This document shows, piece after piece, positions 25,771 through 39,763 of a DNA stretch of 64,000 nt; within the stretch, counting starts at the first letter, position 1; every line of letters begins with the position of its first letter. Both the position numbers and the translations under genes were made by a program. Origin of the DNA: Felis catus (lineage: Eukaryota); contig NC_058368.1 in assembly GCF_018350175.1 (NCBI RefSeq), positions 86,120,001-86,184,000 of the forward strand, in the 5' to 3' direction. The notes under the pieces are model-generated. The model was given only the letters and a program-made list of their open reading frames with translations, was not told the origin of the DNA and did no database searches.

Positions 25771-26004
25771 TTTTATTTATTTATTTTTTTTAATTTATTT
25801 TTCAACGTTTATTTATTTTGGGACAGAGAAAGACAGAGCATGAATGGGGGAGGGGCAGAGAGAGAGGGAGACACAGAATCGGAAACAGGCTCCAGGCTCT
25901 GAGCCATCAGCCCAGAGCCCGACGCGGGGCTCGAACTCACGGACCGCGAGATCGTGACCTGGCTGAAGTCGGACGCTTAACCGACTGTGCCACCCAGGCG
26001 CCCC
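25771..26004 (-). mobile_element. Young CAN-SINE nested in L1 'B'
   Basis: CpG-rich body; flanking repeat aaaat(t/g)gatcattttta. Confidence 0.95.
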
Positions 26005-28351
26005 TAAAATGGATCATTTTTAGACAGCAAATAGATGAGTCTGGTTTTTTATCCATTCTGACACCCTGTGTCCTTTAATTGGAACATTTATTCCATTTTC
26101 ATTCAGTGTTATTATTGAAAGATATGGGGTTAGAGTCATTGTGTTGTCTGTAGTTTTCATATTGTAGTGATGACTGGTCCTTCGTGGTCTTTGCAACATT
26201 CCACTCACAGAGCATCCCTTAGGATCTCTTGTAGGGCTGGTTAAGTGGTGATAAATTCCATCAGTTTTTGTTTCTGGGAAAACGTTTATCTCTCCTACAA
26301 TTCTGAATGATAGGCCTGCTGGATAAAGGATAGTTGGCTACATATTTTTCCTATTCATCACATTGAAAATTTCCTGCCACCCACTTTTGACCTGCCAAGT
26401 TTCAGTAGATAGGTCTGCTACTACCCTTATGTGTCTACCCTTGTATGCTAAGACCCTTTTATCCTTAGCTGTTTTCAGAATTCTCTCTTTATCTTTGGAT
26501 TTTGCCAGTTTCGCTATGATATGTCATGCAGAAGATCAATTCCTATTACATATGAAGGGAGTTCTCTGTGACTCCTGCATTTCAATGTCTGTTTCCTTCC
26601 CCAGATTGGGGAAATTTTCAGGTATGATTTGTTCAAGTAGACTTCATGTCCTTTTCTCTCCCTTCTTATTCTGGAACTCCTATGATTCAGATATTATTTA
26701 ATTTCATTGGATCACTTAGCTGTCTAATTCTCCCCTCATGGTTCAGAATTTTTTATCTCTCTTTTTCTCAGCCTCATCTTTTTCCATAATTTTATCTTCT
26801 GTTTCACCTATTCTCCCCTCAGCCTCTTCCATCCTAACTATCACTGCCTCTAGTTTATTTAGCACCTTATTTATAGCATTTTTTTAATTCATCATGACTA
26901 CTTTTAGTTCCCTGATATCTGCAGCAATAGATTCTCTGCTGACTTCTTTGCTTTTTTCAAGGCCAGTGATTAATCTTATGACTATTATTCTAAATTCTTG
27001 TTCAGTTACATTGTTTATATCTGTTTTGATTAACTTTTTAGCTGTCATTTCTTATTGGAATTTCTTTGAGGAGAATTCTTCTGTCTTGTCATTTTTTCTA
27101 GTTTTCTGTCCCTTCTGCGTTTTAAAAGCTTGTTGTGTACGCTGCACCTGTGAGCACTACTATATTATAGAGTGGTCATACACTGTCCAGGCCCTGGCCA
27201 TTCAGCAGGTATTTCTTGGAGTATGTTACTTGCTCTTTGTTTTTGTGACTCTGGTTGCTTTATGTCCCTACTCAAAGTGATGTTTTGGACCCTCCACCAG
27301 GTGTGCTTTGATATGTTCACGGAAGTGGCCCTATGACCCTCCACGTTGTCCCCATGGGCCCCTGAGATGTCTTTGTCACTTTGCAGCCCAGACTCTTGGA
27401 ATTCAACGTCCTTTGGACTCAACACTGCTTTTTTTGAGGGAGTAGGGAATTTTGGGTCCCCCTACTTCTCCACCATGTTGTATCTCTTCTTCATTACTGT
27501 TTTGAATACAAGTGACAAGAATGGACATCCTTCTCTTGTTCTGTTGTTAGAGAAAGAGCTGTCATTTTTTTAACCATTATATATGATAATAAGTGTGGTT
27601 TTCCCATGTACAAAATTAATTACATTGAAGTATGTTCTCTCTAAACCCATTTTGCTAAATTTCTTTATCATGATAAATATCAAATTATGTCAGCTGGTAT
27701 TTTCTGCATCTATGGAGATGATTACATAACTTCCATCCTTTATTTTATTAATGTGTTATATAATGTTGATTGATTTGTGGATACTGAACCATCCTTGCAT
27801 CCCCAGAAGAAACCCCCTTGATCATGGTGAATGACGTTTTTCAAGATATTATTAAAGGTGGTGTGCTAATAATTTGTTGAGAATTTGAATCTGTGTTCAT
27901 TAGGAATATTGACTTGCTTTTATTTTGTTTTGTTTTGTTTGCTTTAATGTCTTTGGTTTTGTTATAAAGGAAACATTTTTTTTAATCTTGGAATTATTTG
28001 GAAAATTAATTCGTTTTACATTTTTTGGAATAGTTTGAGCAGAATCAGTATTAACTCTTCTTTAAATTATGTGTGCAATTCACTTGTGAATACATCTGGT
28101 CCTTATGTTGTATGTCAAGAGTTTTTGGATGCCAATTCAATATTATTACTCAGAATTGGACTGTTCAGATTTTCTGTTTCTTTGTGATTCAGTTTTGGAA
28201 TATTATATGTTTCTAGGAATTTATCCATTTGTTTTGGTTGTCTAGTCTGTCGGTGTCTATTTTTTCATAGTGGCATAATTATAATCCTTTATATGTCTCT
28301 GGTGTTGGTTTTGATTTCTCCTCCTTCATTTCTGATACCATTTATTTGGGT

Positions 28352-28383
<32 letters not shown>

Positions 28384-28761
28384 AAGTGTATCTAAAGGTT
28401 TATCAATTTAGTTTATTTTTTCAAATGACCCAGCTCTTGGTTTCAGTGATATTTTCTATTTTTGTCTCATTTTATTTATTTTAATTCTCATCTTTATTAT
28501 TCTCTTCCTTCTACTAATTTTGTATTTTGTTTCTTCTTTTTCCAGTTCATTTAGGTGAAGTGTTGATTGTTTATTATGTATTTCTTGATCTTGATGCAGG
28601 CATCTATAATATTGAATTTTCCTCTTAGAACTCTTTGCTGAATCCCAAAGTTTGTGAGAAGTTGTATTTTTATTTTCATTTGTCTCCATGTATGTTATTT
28701 CCTCTGATTTCTTAGATTACCCATTTCTTGATTAAGAACATATTGTTTAGCCTCCTCATGC

Positions 28762-28763
<2 letters not shown>

Positions 28764-28797
<34 letters not shown>
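28764..28797. repeat. (TG)n microsatellite
   Basis: TG run. Confidence 0.9.
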
Positions 28798-28801
<4 letters not shown>

Positions 28802-29817
28802 CAGTTGTTTTCTTGTAAGTAATTTTTAGTTTCTTACTGTTTTGGTTCAAAACATTTTTCTCCTGATTGCAATTTTCTTAAATTTTTTGAATTTTTGTTT
28901 GCTTGTTGCTTTTGTCCTAATGTGATCTATTCTGGAGAAGGTTCCTTGTACACTTGTAAAGAATGTGTATTGTTATGTTTGAATAGGATGTTATGTATAA
29001 ATGTTAAGTTATAAATGTTAAGTTAACTTAACTTAAGATGTTAAGTTCATCTGGTTTAATTTGTCAGTCAAAGACATTGTTCCCTTATGGATTTTCTGCC
29101 CTGCTGATCTCTCCATTGAGATTAGTGGGGTACTAAGGTCCTTTCCTATTACTGGATTACTGTCAATTTCTTTTTTTTATGTTTGATAATATCTGGTTTG
29201 TGTATTTAGGTGCTCTAGTATTGAGTGCATTGATAATTACAACTGCTATATTCTCTTTTTGGATTCATTGTTTATCTTTAGATAGTGTCTTTCTTTTTCA
29301 CTTCCTAGAATCTTTGTTTTTAAGCCTATGTTGTATAAGTACATCTAACCCACATTTTTCTTCACTTACATTTGCATGGCAAATACTTTTCCATCCCCTC
29401 ACTTTAATCTTTATACGTCTTTATGTCTAAAGTAAGTCTCCTTCAGGCAACATATGCATGGGTCTTTTTTTTTTTTTAATCCATTCTATCATACAACATC
29501 TTACATTGAAGCATTTTGAACAGTAGATTTTAAATAATTATTGATAGGTACATTATTGTCATTTTATTTGTTTTCTTAGCTTTTTTCATCTTTCTCAGTT
29601 TATTTCCTCCCTTGTTCTCTTTTCTTGTGATTCGTTACTTAATGGAATTCTTGGCTTTTTTCTTTATATTTTTGTAATATCTAGTATAAGTTTTTCGTTG
29701 TTACCATGAGGTTCATACATAAGATGTTAAGTATATAACATTTTAACATAAGTTCATGTTCAATTAAATTCAAATACATTTTAAATGAACTTCATTTATC
29801 TTCTCACTCTCCATTTT

Positions 29818-30023
29818 ATATATATATCTATATCTATATCTGCATCTGCATCTAAATCTATATCAACATCTACATTTATATATATCTGTATCTATCTCTA
29901 TCATCAATCTATTGATATCTATCTATATCATCTATATCACCTATCTCTATTATCTCTATATCTATCTGTCTATGTATCTATGTACCTATGTATCTATCTA
30001 TCTATATCATCTCTCTATCTATA
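29818..30023. repeat. Degenerate (TATC)n/(TATATC)n low-complexity repeat
   Basis: Repeated tatc and tatatc units. Confidence 0.85.
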
Positions 30024-30499
30024 TAGTCATATTTTACATCCTTTTATGTTGTGAGTCCCCTTATCAAATTTTTTAGATATACTTGATTTTAATAGTTTTG
30101 TTTTTTAACCATTATGCTGACTTTTTACATGTCTGCTCTACTAACTTTACTGTATTTTGCTTTTACTCATGATTTTTTTTTTCCTTTTATAAATGTCTTC
30201 CTTCTCATTATGGTCTATTCGTTTTCACTTAAAAGTCCTTTTAACACTTCTTGTAAGGCCTGTTTAGTGGCTATAACCTCTTTTAACTTTTCTTTTTCTG
30301 GGAAAGTCTTTATCTCTCTTTGAATTCTGAATGACAGCCTTGCCATCTACACTGTTCTTGGTTGTAGTTTTTATTTATTTTTTTCTTTTCAAAACTCTGA
30401 ATACAGTAGGTCACTCCCTTTTGCTCTACATGTTTCAGCTAAAAAAAATCAGCTAATGGACTTATTGGGATTTTCCTTTTTAGTAACTACTTGCTCCAA

Positions 30500-30726
30500 T
30501 ATTTCTGCATTTATGTATGTATGTATGTATGCATGTATGTATTTATGTATGAATGTATGTATTTAGTACAAAGGGGGATGAGGCAAAGGGGGAGAGGGAG
30601 ACAATCTCAGTCAGGCTCCACCTTCAGCATGGAGCTCTGTATAGGGTTGATCTCACCAACCTGGGATCATGACCTGAGTCAAAATCAAGAGTCAGACACT
30701 AACACATTGAGCCACCCAGACACCCC
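30500..30726 (-). mobile_element. Older CAN-SINE with (ATGT)n-converted tail
   Basis: gggatcatgacctgagtcaaaatcaagagtc...gagccacccagacacccc. Confidence 0.8.
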
Positions 30727-31315
30727 TCTTTATTTGCCTTTAAAATTATCTCTTCATATTTAGTCTTCCATATTTTAATTATTGAGTGTCATGGTGTGGA
30801 CCTCATTGGATGTCTCTGAGCTTTGTTACCTGGATGTCTGTTTCCTTCATCAAGTTAGTGAATTTCTCCACTATTATTTCTTCATGTAAGTTTTCTGCCT
30901 CCTTTCTCTTTTCTCTTTCTGGAAACCATATGATGTAAACACTTATTCACTTGATGTTATCTAATAGATCCTTTACCCTCATTTTTATTTATTTTTCTTT
31001 TTGTTTTTCTTCTTGGGTGCTTTCCATGACCCTGTCTTCAAGATCACTGGTCTAGTCTCCTGTATTCTCTAAGCTACTGTTGATTCCCTTTCGCACAATT
31101 TTATTATAGTCACAGTATTCTTCAACTCTGATTTTTATATTTTCCTACATATGTTAAAATTCTCACTGAGTTCATTTACTCTCCACACCTGTGTGCATAT
31201 TTTGGAACATTACTTTGAACTCTTCATTAGGTATATGATTACCTCCATTTCATTCTGTTGTTTTCTTGACATTTTTTCTACTTCTTTCATTTGGAACATA
31301 TTCTCATTTTGCTCA

Positions 31316-31347
<32 letters not shown>

Positions 31348-32013
31348 TTCTTTCTATGAATTAGGCAAAACAGCTCATTTTCCTGAACTTGAAGAAGTGA
31401 TCATGTGTATAGTTATCCTCTGTGTAGACTGTTTTTAGTGCATTTGGCTGGATGGCTGGAACTGTGGTTTCCATGGGCTCTGGAGCAGAGTGCTCAATAT
31501 ACTCTGGCTGCCATAAAGGTGTAGCCAAATATTACATGGGATCTGGCTGTGGTAATACTGGGGATCACCACACTTAGGGGTCTCTGGCAGGGCTCCGTAT
31601 CTGAGGTGGGTTCTGGCCAGGTGTTCCCTGGACATTTTGTGGCAGGGCTTTCCCTGGTAAGATGTTTGGAGTCAGACTGATGCAGTCCTGGAGCGTTCCA
31701 CTGTGTTTTGCACCTTTGACATCATGGTGATTCAGCTGGAGCTGTACTGAGTGTAGACCCAGTGTGCCCTGGTGTATACTGCACTGGCTCATCATTAGTG
31801 TAGTGGCTGGCTGGTGTGGACTAGGTCTGTGGATCACTAAGGAGTTAGCCAGCTAAAGGTTCTGGGCTCTATTCCTATCCATACTATTAATATGGAGGGA
31901 AAATATAACACGTGTTTTAATGAAGACCCTTTGACCAAGGGTGAGTTTCATTAGCTCCCCTGCCATTTGGTAGAGTTCTAGGGCTGGATCCTTTATATTT
32001 TAGTTGCTCCTTT

Positions 32014-32608
32014 CTTTTAACTTTTTAAAAAAATTAGTTATTTGGAATGCAGGGTTATATTAGTTTCACATGCACAATATAGTAATTCAACACTTCCATA
32101 TAACACCAGTGCTCATCAAAACTACTCTCCTTAGTTTCCATCATCTATTTAATCCATTGCCCCACCCACCTCTCCTCTGGCAACCATCAGTTGGTTCTCC
32201 ATTGTTAAACATCTTTTACTTGATTTGCCCCACTCAATTTCTTTATTTTTCCTAGTTGAGAATTTGTTATGTTTCTAAAACCCAAATATGAGAGAAATAA
32301 TATGGTACTAGTCATTCTCTGACTCACTTATTTTTCCTAGCATAATATTCTCTAGATTCATCCATATTATTGCAAATGAAAGATTTAATTCCTTTATATC
32401 GCTGAGTTATATTCCATTGTGTGTATGTGTATATATATGTGTGTGTGTGTGTGTGTGTATGTGTGTGTATGTATATACATATATATATATATATAATTGC
32501 AGTTATGTGTATATCTATTTTATTACAGTTGCATATATATATATAATTGTAGTTATTGTGTGTATATATTTTGTTATATATATGTATATATGTATATATA
32601 TGTACATA

Positions 32609-32640
<32 letters not shown>

Positions 32641-33260
32641 ATCCATTCATCACTTGACAGATGTGGGCTGTTTACACTATTTCACTATTGTAGATAATGC
32701 TGCTACAAAGATCAGGGTGCATATAGCCCAGAATTAGTAGTTTTGTATCTTTAGGTAAATACCAAGTAGTGCAAATATTCAATCATAGGGTAGTTCTATT
32801 TTTAACTTTTTGAAGAACCTCAATACTATTTTCCAGGGTGACTGCACCAGTTTGCATACCCACCAACAGTGCATGAGCAATTGCCTTTTCGACATCCTAT
32901 GAACGAATGCTATTTCCTGTGTTGTTAATTGTAGCCATTTTGGCAGTTGTGAGTTGATATCTCATGGTAGTTTCCATTTGTATTTTTCTGATGCTGACTA
33001 ATGTTGAGCGTCTTTCCTTGTCTTTGTTCATCTTAATGTTTCCTTTGTAAAAATATCTATTCATTTCTTCTGCCTATGCTATAATTGGATTATTCATTTT
33101 TGGGGTGTTGAGTTTGTAAGTTCTCTATATATTTTGGATAATAACTCTTTTCTCACCTGTGTCAGTTGTAAATATCTTCTCCCATTCCATAGCTTGCCTT
33201 TTAGTTTTGTTGTTTCCTTCCCTTTGCAGAAGGTTTTTATTTTGATGAAGCCCCAATACT

Positions 33261-33302
<42 letters not shown>

Positions 33303-34647
33303 TTTTGTTATCCTTGCCTCAAGACAGATATCAAGAAAGAAGTTATTATGACCAATGTCAAACTACTGCCTATGTTATACTCTAGGATTTGTATGGTTTC
33401 AGGTCTCACATTTAGGTCTTTATTCTTATTTAAATTTACTTCTCTGAATGGTGTAAGAAAGTGATCCAGTTTCATTCTTTGTCATGTAGCTGTCCAGTTT
33501 CTTCACACGATTTGTTGAAGAGACTTTCTTTTACTAGTGGTAATCCTTTCCTGCTATGTCAAAGTTTAATTGACCACATACTTGTGAGCTCATTTCTGGG
33601 TTTTCTGTTAAGATCCATTGATCACTGTGTCTACTTTTGTGCCACTAACATACTGTTTTGACCATTACAGCTTTGTAATATAACTTAATATGGAATTATA
33701 ATTCTCCCAGCTTTACTCTTCTTTTGCATGATTGCTTTGCCTCTTTGAGGTCTTTGTAGTTCCCTACAAATTTTAAGATTGTTTGTTGCAACTCTGTGAA
33801 AAATGCTGTTAGTATTTTGATAAGGATTACCTTAAATGTGTAGATCGCTTTTGGTAATATAGACATTTAACAATATTTGTTCTTCCTATCCATGCACAAG
33901 GAATGTCTTTCCATTCCTTTGTGTCCTCTTCAATTTCTTTCATGAATGTTTTATACTTTTCAGAAAACAGGTTTTTCACCTCTTAGATTAGGTTATTTGT
34001 ATATATGTTATTGTATTTGGTGCAATTTTAAATGGGATTGGTTATTTAAATTGTTCTTTCTGCAGTGATTTATACAAATGTAACAGATTTCTATATGTTG
34101 ATATTGTATCCTGCAGATTAACAGAATTTATATATCAGTTCTAGTAGTTTTTTGAGTTAGTATTTCTGGTTTCCTATGTGGAGCATCATGTTATCTGCAA
34201 ATACTGAAAGTCTGAGTTCTTCCTTATGCTGATTTAAATGTCTTTTTCTCTTTAGTTTGTCTGATTGCAATAGCTAAGACTCCCAGTACTATGTTAAATA
34301 ACAGTTATGAGAATGGTCAGCACTGTCTTTCTTTCCTGACCATAAAGTAAAAGTTCTCAATTTGCCCCACTGAGGATATTTGCTGTGAATTTTACCTTAT
34401 GACTTTCATTATTTTGAGATGTGTTCCCTCCAAACATACTTTTCAATGTTTTTTTTTTAATCATGAATACTCTACCTTGTCAAATGCTCTTTCTGCATCT
34501 ATTGAAATGGTCATATGATTCCTATTCTTTCTTTTCTTTTTTTTTTTTTAATGTGGTATATCATGTTGACACGTTCATGAATATTGAACCTCCCTTACAA
34601 CCCGGGAATAAATTTGACTTGATCATATGAATGAGTTTTTTAAAGGG

Positions 34648-34681
<34 letters not shown>

Positions 34682-36250
34682 TGGTTTGCTAGCATTTTAT
34701 TGAGAATTTTTGCATCCATGTTCATCAGTGATATTGGACTGTAGTTTAATTTTCAGTGAATACTTTATTCAGTTTTGATATCATGGCAAAGCTGGCCCCT
34801 TAGAATGAATTTGGAAGTTTTCCTTCCTTTTCTATTTTTTTGTGAAAAATTTGAGAATAACAGTTATTAACTCTTCTTTAAGTTTTTGATAGAATTTGCC
34901 TATGAATATAAGTGCCCTAGATATTTGTTCATTGGGAGTTTTTTTGATTACTGATTCAATTTATTTTTGGTTACTGTTTTGAACAAGGTTTCTATTTCTT
35001 CCAATTTCAGTTCTGCTAATTTATATGTTTCCTTTCTACTCAAAGTTCTGTGGAAAGATTTGCCCCTAGTATATGGGTCTTCCCTTGTATGTTAAGGACT
35101 ACTTTTGTCAGTGTATATTGCAAATTTAATTACAATATGACTTGGTGTTGGCCTGCTTTTGTTGCTTTGATAGGAGTTCTCTCTGCCTCCTGGATCAGGA
35201 TGTCTGTTCCCTTCCCCAGGTTAGGCAGTTGTTTAGATATTATTTCTTCAAATAAATTTTCTGCCCCCTTATTTTATTTCCTCTCTGAGACCCCAATAAT
35301 ATAAATGTTATTACGTTTGATGTAGTCACTGAGTTCCCTAAGTTTATTCTCCTGTTCCATAATTCTTTGCTCTCTCCTTTGTTCAGCTTCATTATTTTCC
35401 ATATTTTTTCTATGGAAAAATAGTCACTAATTTGTCACTCTGCTTCTCACATCCTTCTCTTTATTCCATCAAGCCTGTTTCCAACCTTGTTTATACATTT
35501 TTAATTTCTTAATTATTCTTTTCTCACTCTTCTATATCTATGGTAAGTTTCTCTCAAATGTCTTCTATTCTTTTCTCAAGCCTAGTGAGTATCCTTATGA
35601 ATGTTGTTTTAAATTCTCCATCAGGTATGTTTATTTGTTTGGCTTAGATTTCTGATCACGGCCTTATCTTATTTTTTCATTTGAGGCACAGTCATCCACC
35701 CTTCCATTCTGTCTAATTACCTGCCCTCTACAGCATGTCAGAAAAGCTGGTTATGTCTCCTGCACCTGAAAATAATGACTTTATGAAGAACCGACTGTGT
35801 ATTATCTAGGACCTGGCATTTCATGAAGTTTCTTGTATGAGTTCTGTATGTATTCTGCTATAGTGCTTTAGATGATATAACTTTTAAACCAGTCATTTAA
35901 GGAGGCTCCCCTTGCCTTCTGTGCGCAGTGTTTGAGGTGAGACTCTGGTCTACTTCTCAAATGAGACCTGACACTACCTCAATAAGAACAGATTTGCAGA
36001 ACTCTCTGGTTGGGAGATGTGGTGTGGGTAGGGTTTATGCTCCACATGGGGGTGAAACCTACTGCACTAGGACTGAGGCAAGTTTGAGTGAGAAGGGTAA
36101 TCCCATCATAGTGCAGGGGTGTGGCACTTGGTGTAAACAAGTTAGGAAGACAACTTTGATGCTACCCTGCTTTGTACACTTGGCTCTGTATTTATCCTTA
36201 AGGGTGGGTGAAAGAATATAAAGCATTATATTTGACAGCCCCTTGGATCT
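32014..36250 (-). mobile_element. LINE-1 'D', carnivore-type, internally deleted
   Basis: 3'UTR from 32020 and ORF2 3' half to ~35030, joined directly to ORF1 sequence, then 5'UTR. The 5' boundary is uncertain. Confidence 0.8.
32418..32641. repeat. Compound (TG)n/(TA)n repeat inside L1 'D'
   Basis: About 220 bp of mostly alternating purine-pyrimidine sequence. Confidence 0.92.
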
Positions 36251-38467
36251 ATAGATAGTCACAGAAACTCCTATGTGATTTGGTGGCATTCTAGGGCTCT
36301 TCTCTATTCTAGTTGGTCTTTTTAAACTATGGCTTTTTTTATGTGCTACAGAATGTCCAGGGCTGGCATGGGTCAGGAGTCTGGGGCTCACTGAGGCAAG
36401 CCACTTATGCTTCTTAAACTATGTCCCTGTATGCAGTATTAAAGTCGATGGTGTGAGACAAACAGTGGTGCTACCAACCCCTCCCACACAGAGAGAGTTC
36501 TACCAGTTACCCCACTATTTGACAGGATTCTAGGGCTGGTTCCATTATATTCTAGTTACCTCTTTAAACTACAGGAATATTTTGTGCCCTAGGGCAGACA
36601 AATCGGCTCATAGTTCCTTAGTACTATCTTATTTCACTAAAATTTACAGCACTAGGGGCAAGATTCCGTTTATTTCCATATCTCCATATATCTTGCCCTT
36701 TTCTATCTTTTTGTTATGTAGAAACTATCCAGTAAGCCATCACCTCTTTTTTTCAGGAGGGATTACTCTGTAAATTCTCTGTGTGTAGATTTGGTGTATC
36801 AGTGGTAGAGAAGAGCTCAGAGTCCTACTACATCACCATTTTCCAAACAGATCCACAATAATTTTTTTTGCTATTTCATTTTATATTATTTTTTTAATAC
36901 AGATATTAGCCTGAGCTAACTCCAGGGAAAAAACAATTAAATAGTCATATAATTTATTGTTGGTAATATATATTTAAAATTTGTTCAATTAATTACTTTT
37001 CTTAAAACAGATTACTTTGGGTCTCTGTACATATTTTTGAATGTTAAAACCAAATTAAACTTGTAACTGTGTACTATAGGTTGTAAGAGTGACTTACCAA
37101 TGATCTGCTACACTCATACTAAAGGATACACATTCATTCATTTATTTTGGATGCATTTATTAAGAAATACTATGCATCAGGATGGTTGTACATTAAGAAC
37201 ATGACAGGCACATTACAGGTGTGATTTCAGTACTTTTGTGGGAAGAAAATGTGTTTTAATCATTTTGTCAAAAAAATTACTTAGTGTCTTGGTGCTCAGT
37301 GCATGTGTACTTTTGATCAAGGTATTGATATTTAAAGACAATATGAACCAACAGTCTTAGAATCACCATGTATTTGATGAATGTTAACCTTTCTCCCGCA
37401 CTAATCTTACCCTCTAAAAAATTGGCATCAGCAGTTGTGAAAGCAAAAGTAGCATTTAAAAGCTGTTTTCCAAACAGTGAGCAAAATGACAGAGTTGCCA
37501 ACCCTAAGTTCTCATTCCCATACAGAAACATCAAAACAAAGTCTCAGAATTGATCATAACCAATTTGTCAGAATTCTGAACAAAAATAAAAAATTTACAA
37601 CAAGTAAGCAGAAACTCAATTAATGAAGTGACCATTCAAATGATAGGGGAGTTTTGTGTCAATTTTAGTTGCCTTTGATTTACCCTGTCTCTTTTGCATT
37701 AAGGGTCTTCATTAGGAAATTGCAGGAATCTGCATTAAAAGTCTGGACCCATTTCCCTGAGTTGACAGAGAGAAGGGCAGATAATTCATAAATTATTACA
37801 TATATCTATTCCAATCTGTGTGGATGTTACTTGACAGACTGATGTAAGATGTTTATCTTGGTTTTGCCTATCTCAGAATTGAGAGTTAAAGAGCACTTAG
37901 CATTTCTCCAAAACACTACAAGCTGAACTAGCAATTCTTAGAGGACTGGACAAAACATGGTAGTCAAACCAAACAATAGACTGCCTAAGATAAACTCTGG
38001 GAAGTTTCTTAGGGAAGCCAGGACATTCACAAACAGCCTCATGCATGTCCAAAGTAAGCTTCATTCAGAAAAAGTCTTACAAAAATACATTTTTTTTTTT
38101 TTATCATGGGTTTTCTTCAGGCTCAGTAAAACTCTGCGTGTTAATGGAGAGCCATGAACAAAACCAATCAGCAAACACTAAGGGAGACATTTGCCTTTCT
38201 TTTTTGTTTCTTTGTTTTTTTTTTATTTAATACATTTTTAGTTCCTGAAATTCAAGTAAATATATTTCTAAACAACTAGCTGAATACAAGTTAAAGAACA
38301 TGGACTTCGTTGGCCATACATGATTATGTATGATCTTTGTAAAGATAACTTTGGAAAGTAACTAAACAACAACTTCAACAAAATATTCTTGAAGAAGAGC
38401 TATGACTTACCAAAAAAAGACTCTAAAGCAAGTTTTAAAATATAATCAAATAGCTAAAGAACACTAT

Positions 38468-38612
38468 GGAAAGAAAGAAGGAAAGAAAGAAAGAAAGAGA
38501 AATAAAGAATGAAAGAAAAGAAAAGGAAAGAAAAAAGAAAAGAAGGAATGGTGGAAGGAAGGAAGGAGGGAAGGAAGGAAGGAAGGAAGGAAGGGACAGA
38601 GGGACGGAAAGG
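38468..38612. repeat. Polypurine (GAAA)n/(GGAA)n tract
   Basis: About 145 bp that is almost entirely A/G. Confidence 0.9.
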
Positions 38613-38614
38613 AT

Positions 38615-38830
38615 GGGGGCACCTGGGTGGCTCAGTCGGTTGGGTGTCTGACTTCAGGTCAGGTTGTGATCTCAAGGCTCTGAGTTCAAGTCCCTCGTCA
38701 GGCTCTGTGCTGACAGCTCAGAGCCTGGAGTATTTTTGGATTCTGTGTCTCCCTCACATTCTGCCTCTCCTCCACTTGTGCTCTGTCTCTCACTATCTCA
38801 AAACGTAAATAAACAAAAAAAATATTAAAG
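38615..38830 (+). mobile_element. CAN-SINE
   Basis: ggggcacctgggtggctcagtcggt head; aataaa tail. Confidence 0.9.
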
Positions 38831-39122
38831 AAAGGGAAAGAATTAGAGGAAGGAAGTAGTGAAGGAAGGAAGGAGGGAAGAACAAAGGAAACCAGGAAAA
38901 CTGAATGGACAAGATAAAATTTTAATAAAAATACAAAAATATAAAAAATCAAACAAAACTTGTGGCACTATAAAATTCAATAAATAAAATTTAAAATTTA
39001 CTAGAGGGGTTCAAATGCATTTTGAATACATGTTATAAATAATTAGTGATGATTGTAAATGTTAAATCTGAAAAGCAAAAAAATATATAGAAAAATTAAC
39101 AGTCTAAGGGACTTGTGGAACA

Positions 39123-39763
39123 CTAATGGTAAATTTTGTGTCTCAACTTGAATAAGTTAAATGATGTCAAAATAACTGATAAAGCATTTCTGGATTTGTC
39201 TGTAAGAGTGTTTATGAAAGTTATTTACATTTAAATTAATACAGTAAGTAAAGAAGATAATCTTCACCAATATAGGTAGTCATCATCCTATCCATTGATG
39301 CCCAGAATAGAACAAAAAGGGTGAATAACAGAGAATTAACTCTGTTCTTGAAGTGGGACATCCATTTCCTACTGTTGGATATTGATGCACTTGAGTTTCA
39401 GGCCTTTGGACTCAGACCAGAATTTACACCATTGGCTTACTCAACTATTAGTCCTTCATACTCAGATTGAGACTTATGTGATTGGATGTCATGCTTGTTA
39501 GGCCTCTAGATTTTGACTGGAACTACACAATGGGGTTTTCTGGGTCTCCTAAAAGTGGCCAATTTGGGATTTCTCAACCTCCAGAAATGTGTGAGCTAAG
39601 CCTACATTATTAAATTTCTTTTCCTTTCTCTCTTCCTCTTTCTTTCTCTCTTTCTCCCTACCAGTAGATTAGATAGATAGATAGATAGAGATATGTATAT
39701 GATCTATCACCTATCAGTTTATACCATATTGGTTTTGTTTCCAGGAGAACATGGACTAATACA
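39123..39763 (+). mobile_element. MLT2-type (ERVL) 5' LTR
   Basis: Starts taatggtaaattttgtgtctcaacttg and ends gagaacatggactaataca, matching MLT2 termini. Confidence 0.85.

Larger units (their letters stand above)
20468..27489 (-). mobile_element. LINE-1 'B', near full length, decayed, nested in L1 'A'
   Basis: T-rich tail at 20468, ORF2 fragments, ORF1 remnant ~26210-27090, shortened 5'UTR. Candidate TSD ttcattact at 20459-20467 and 27490-27498. Confidence 0.88.
18365..32013 (-). mobile_element. Old LINE-1 'A' (host element); pieces 18365-20467 and 27490-~32013, 5'UTR probably resuming ~36250-36845
   Basis: 3'UTR and degenerate ORF2. The ORF2 sequence reads through from 20467 to 27490 across the insertion of L1 'B'. 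ORF1 and 5'UTR remnants lie at 30230-32013. Confidence 0.8.
37450..39122 (+). mobile_element. Ancient LINE-1 5'UTR/ORF1 remnant
   Basis: gcaaaatgacagagt 5'-end-like motif; ORF1-like ctagaggggttcaa...agtctaagggacttgtggaacac, cut by the LTR. Confidence 0.55.

Noticed and set aside
37400..37445. Heptad-like AA AAA TTG GCA TCA GCA GTT G after a pyrimidine tract
   Set aside because: It lacks both an AG acceptor and a properly placed GT donor; it could be a dead exon but is unsupported.
29785..38808. ORFs rich in Y/I/C/V or K/E/R (29785, 32324-32697, 38454-38808)
   Set aside because: Translations of microsatellite and polypurine tracts.
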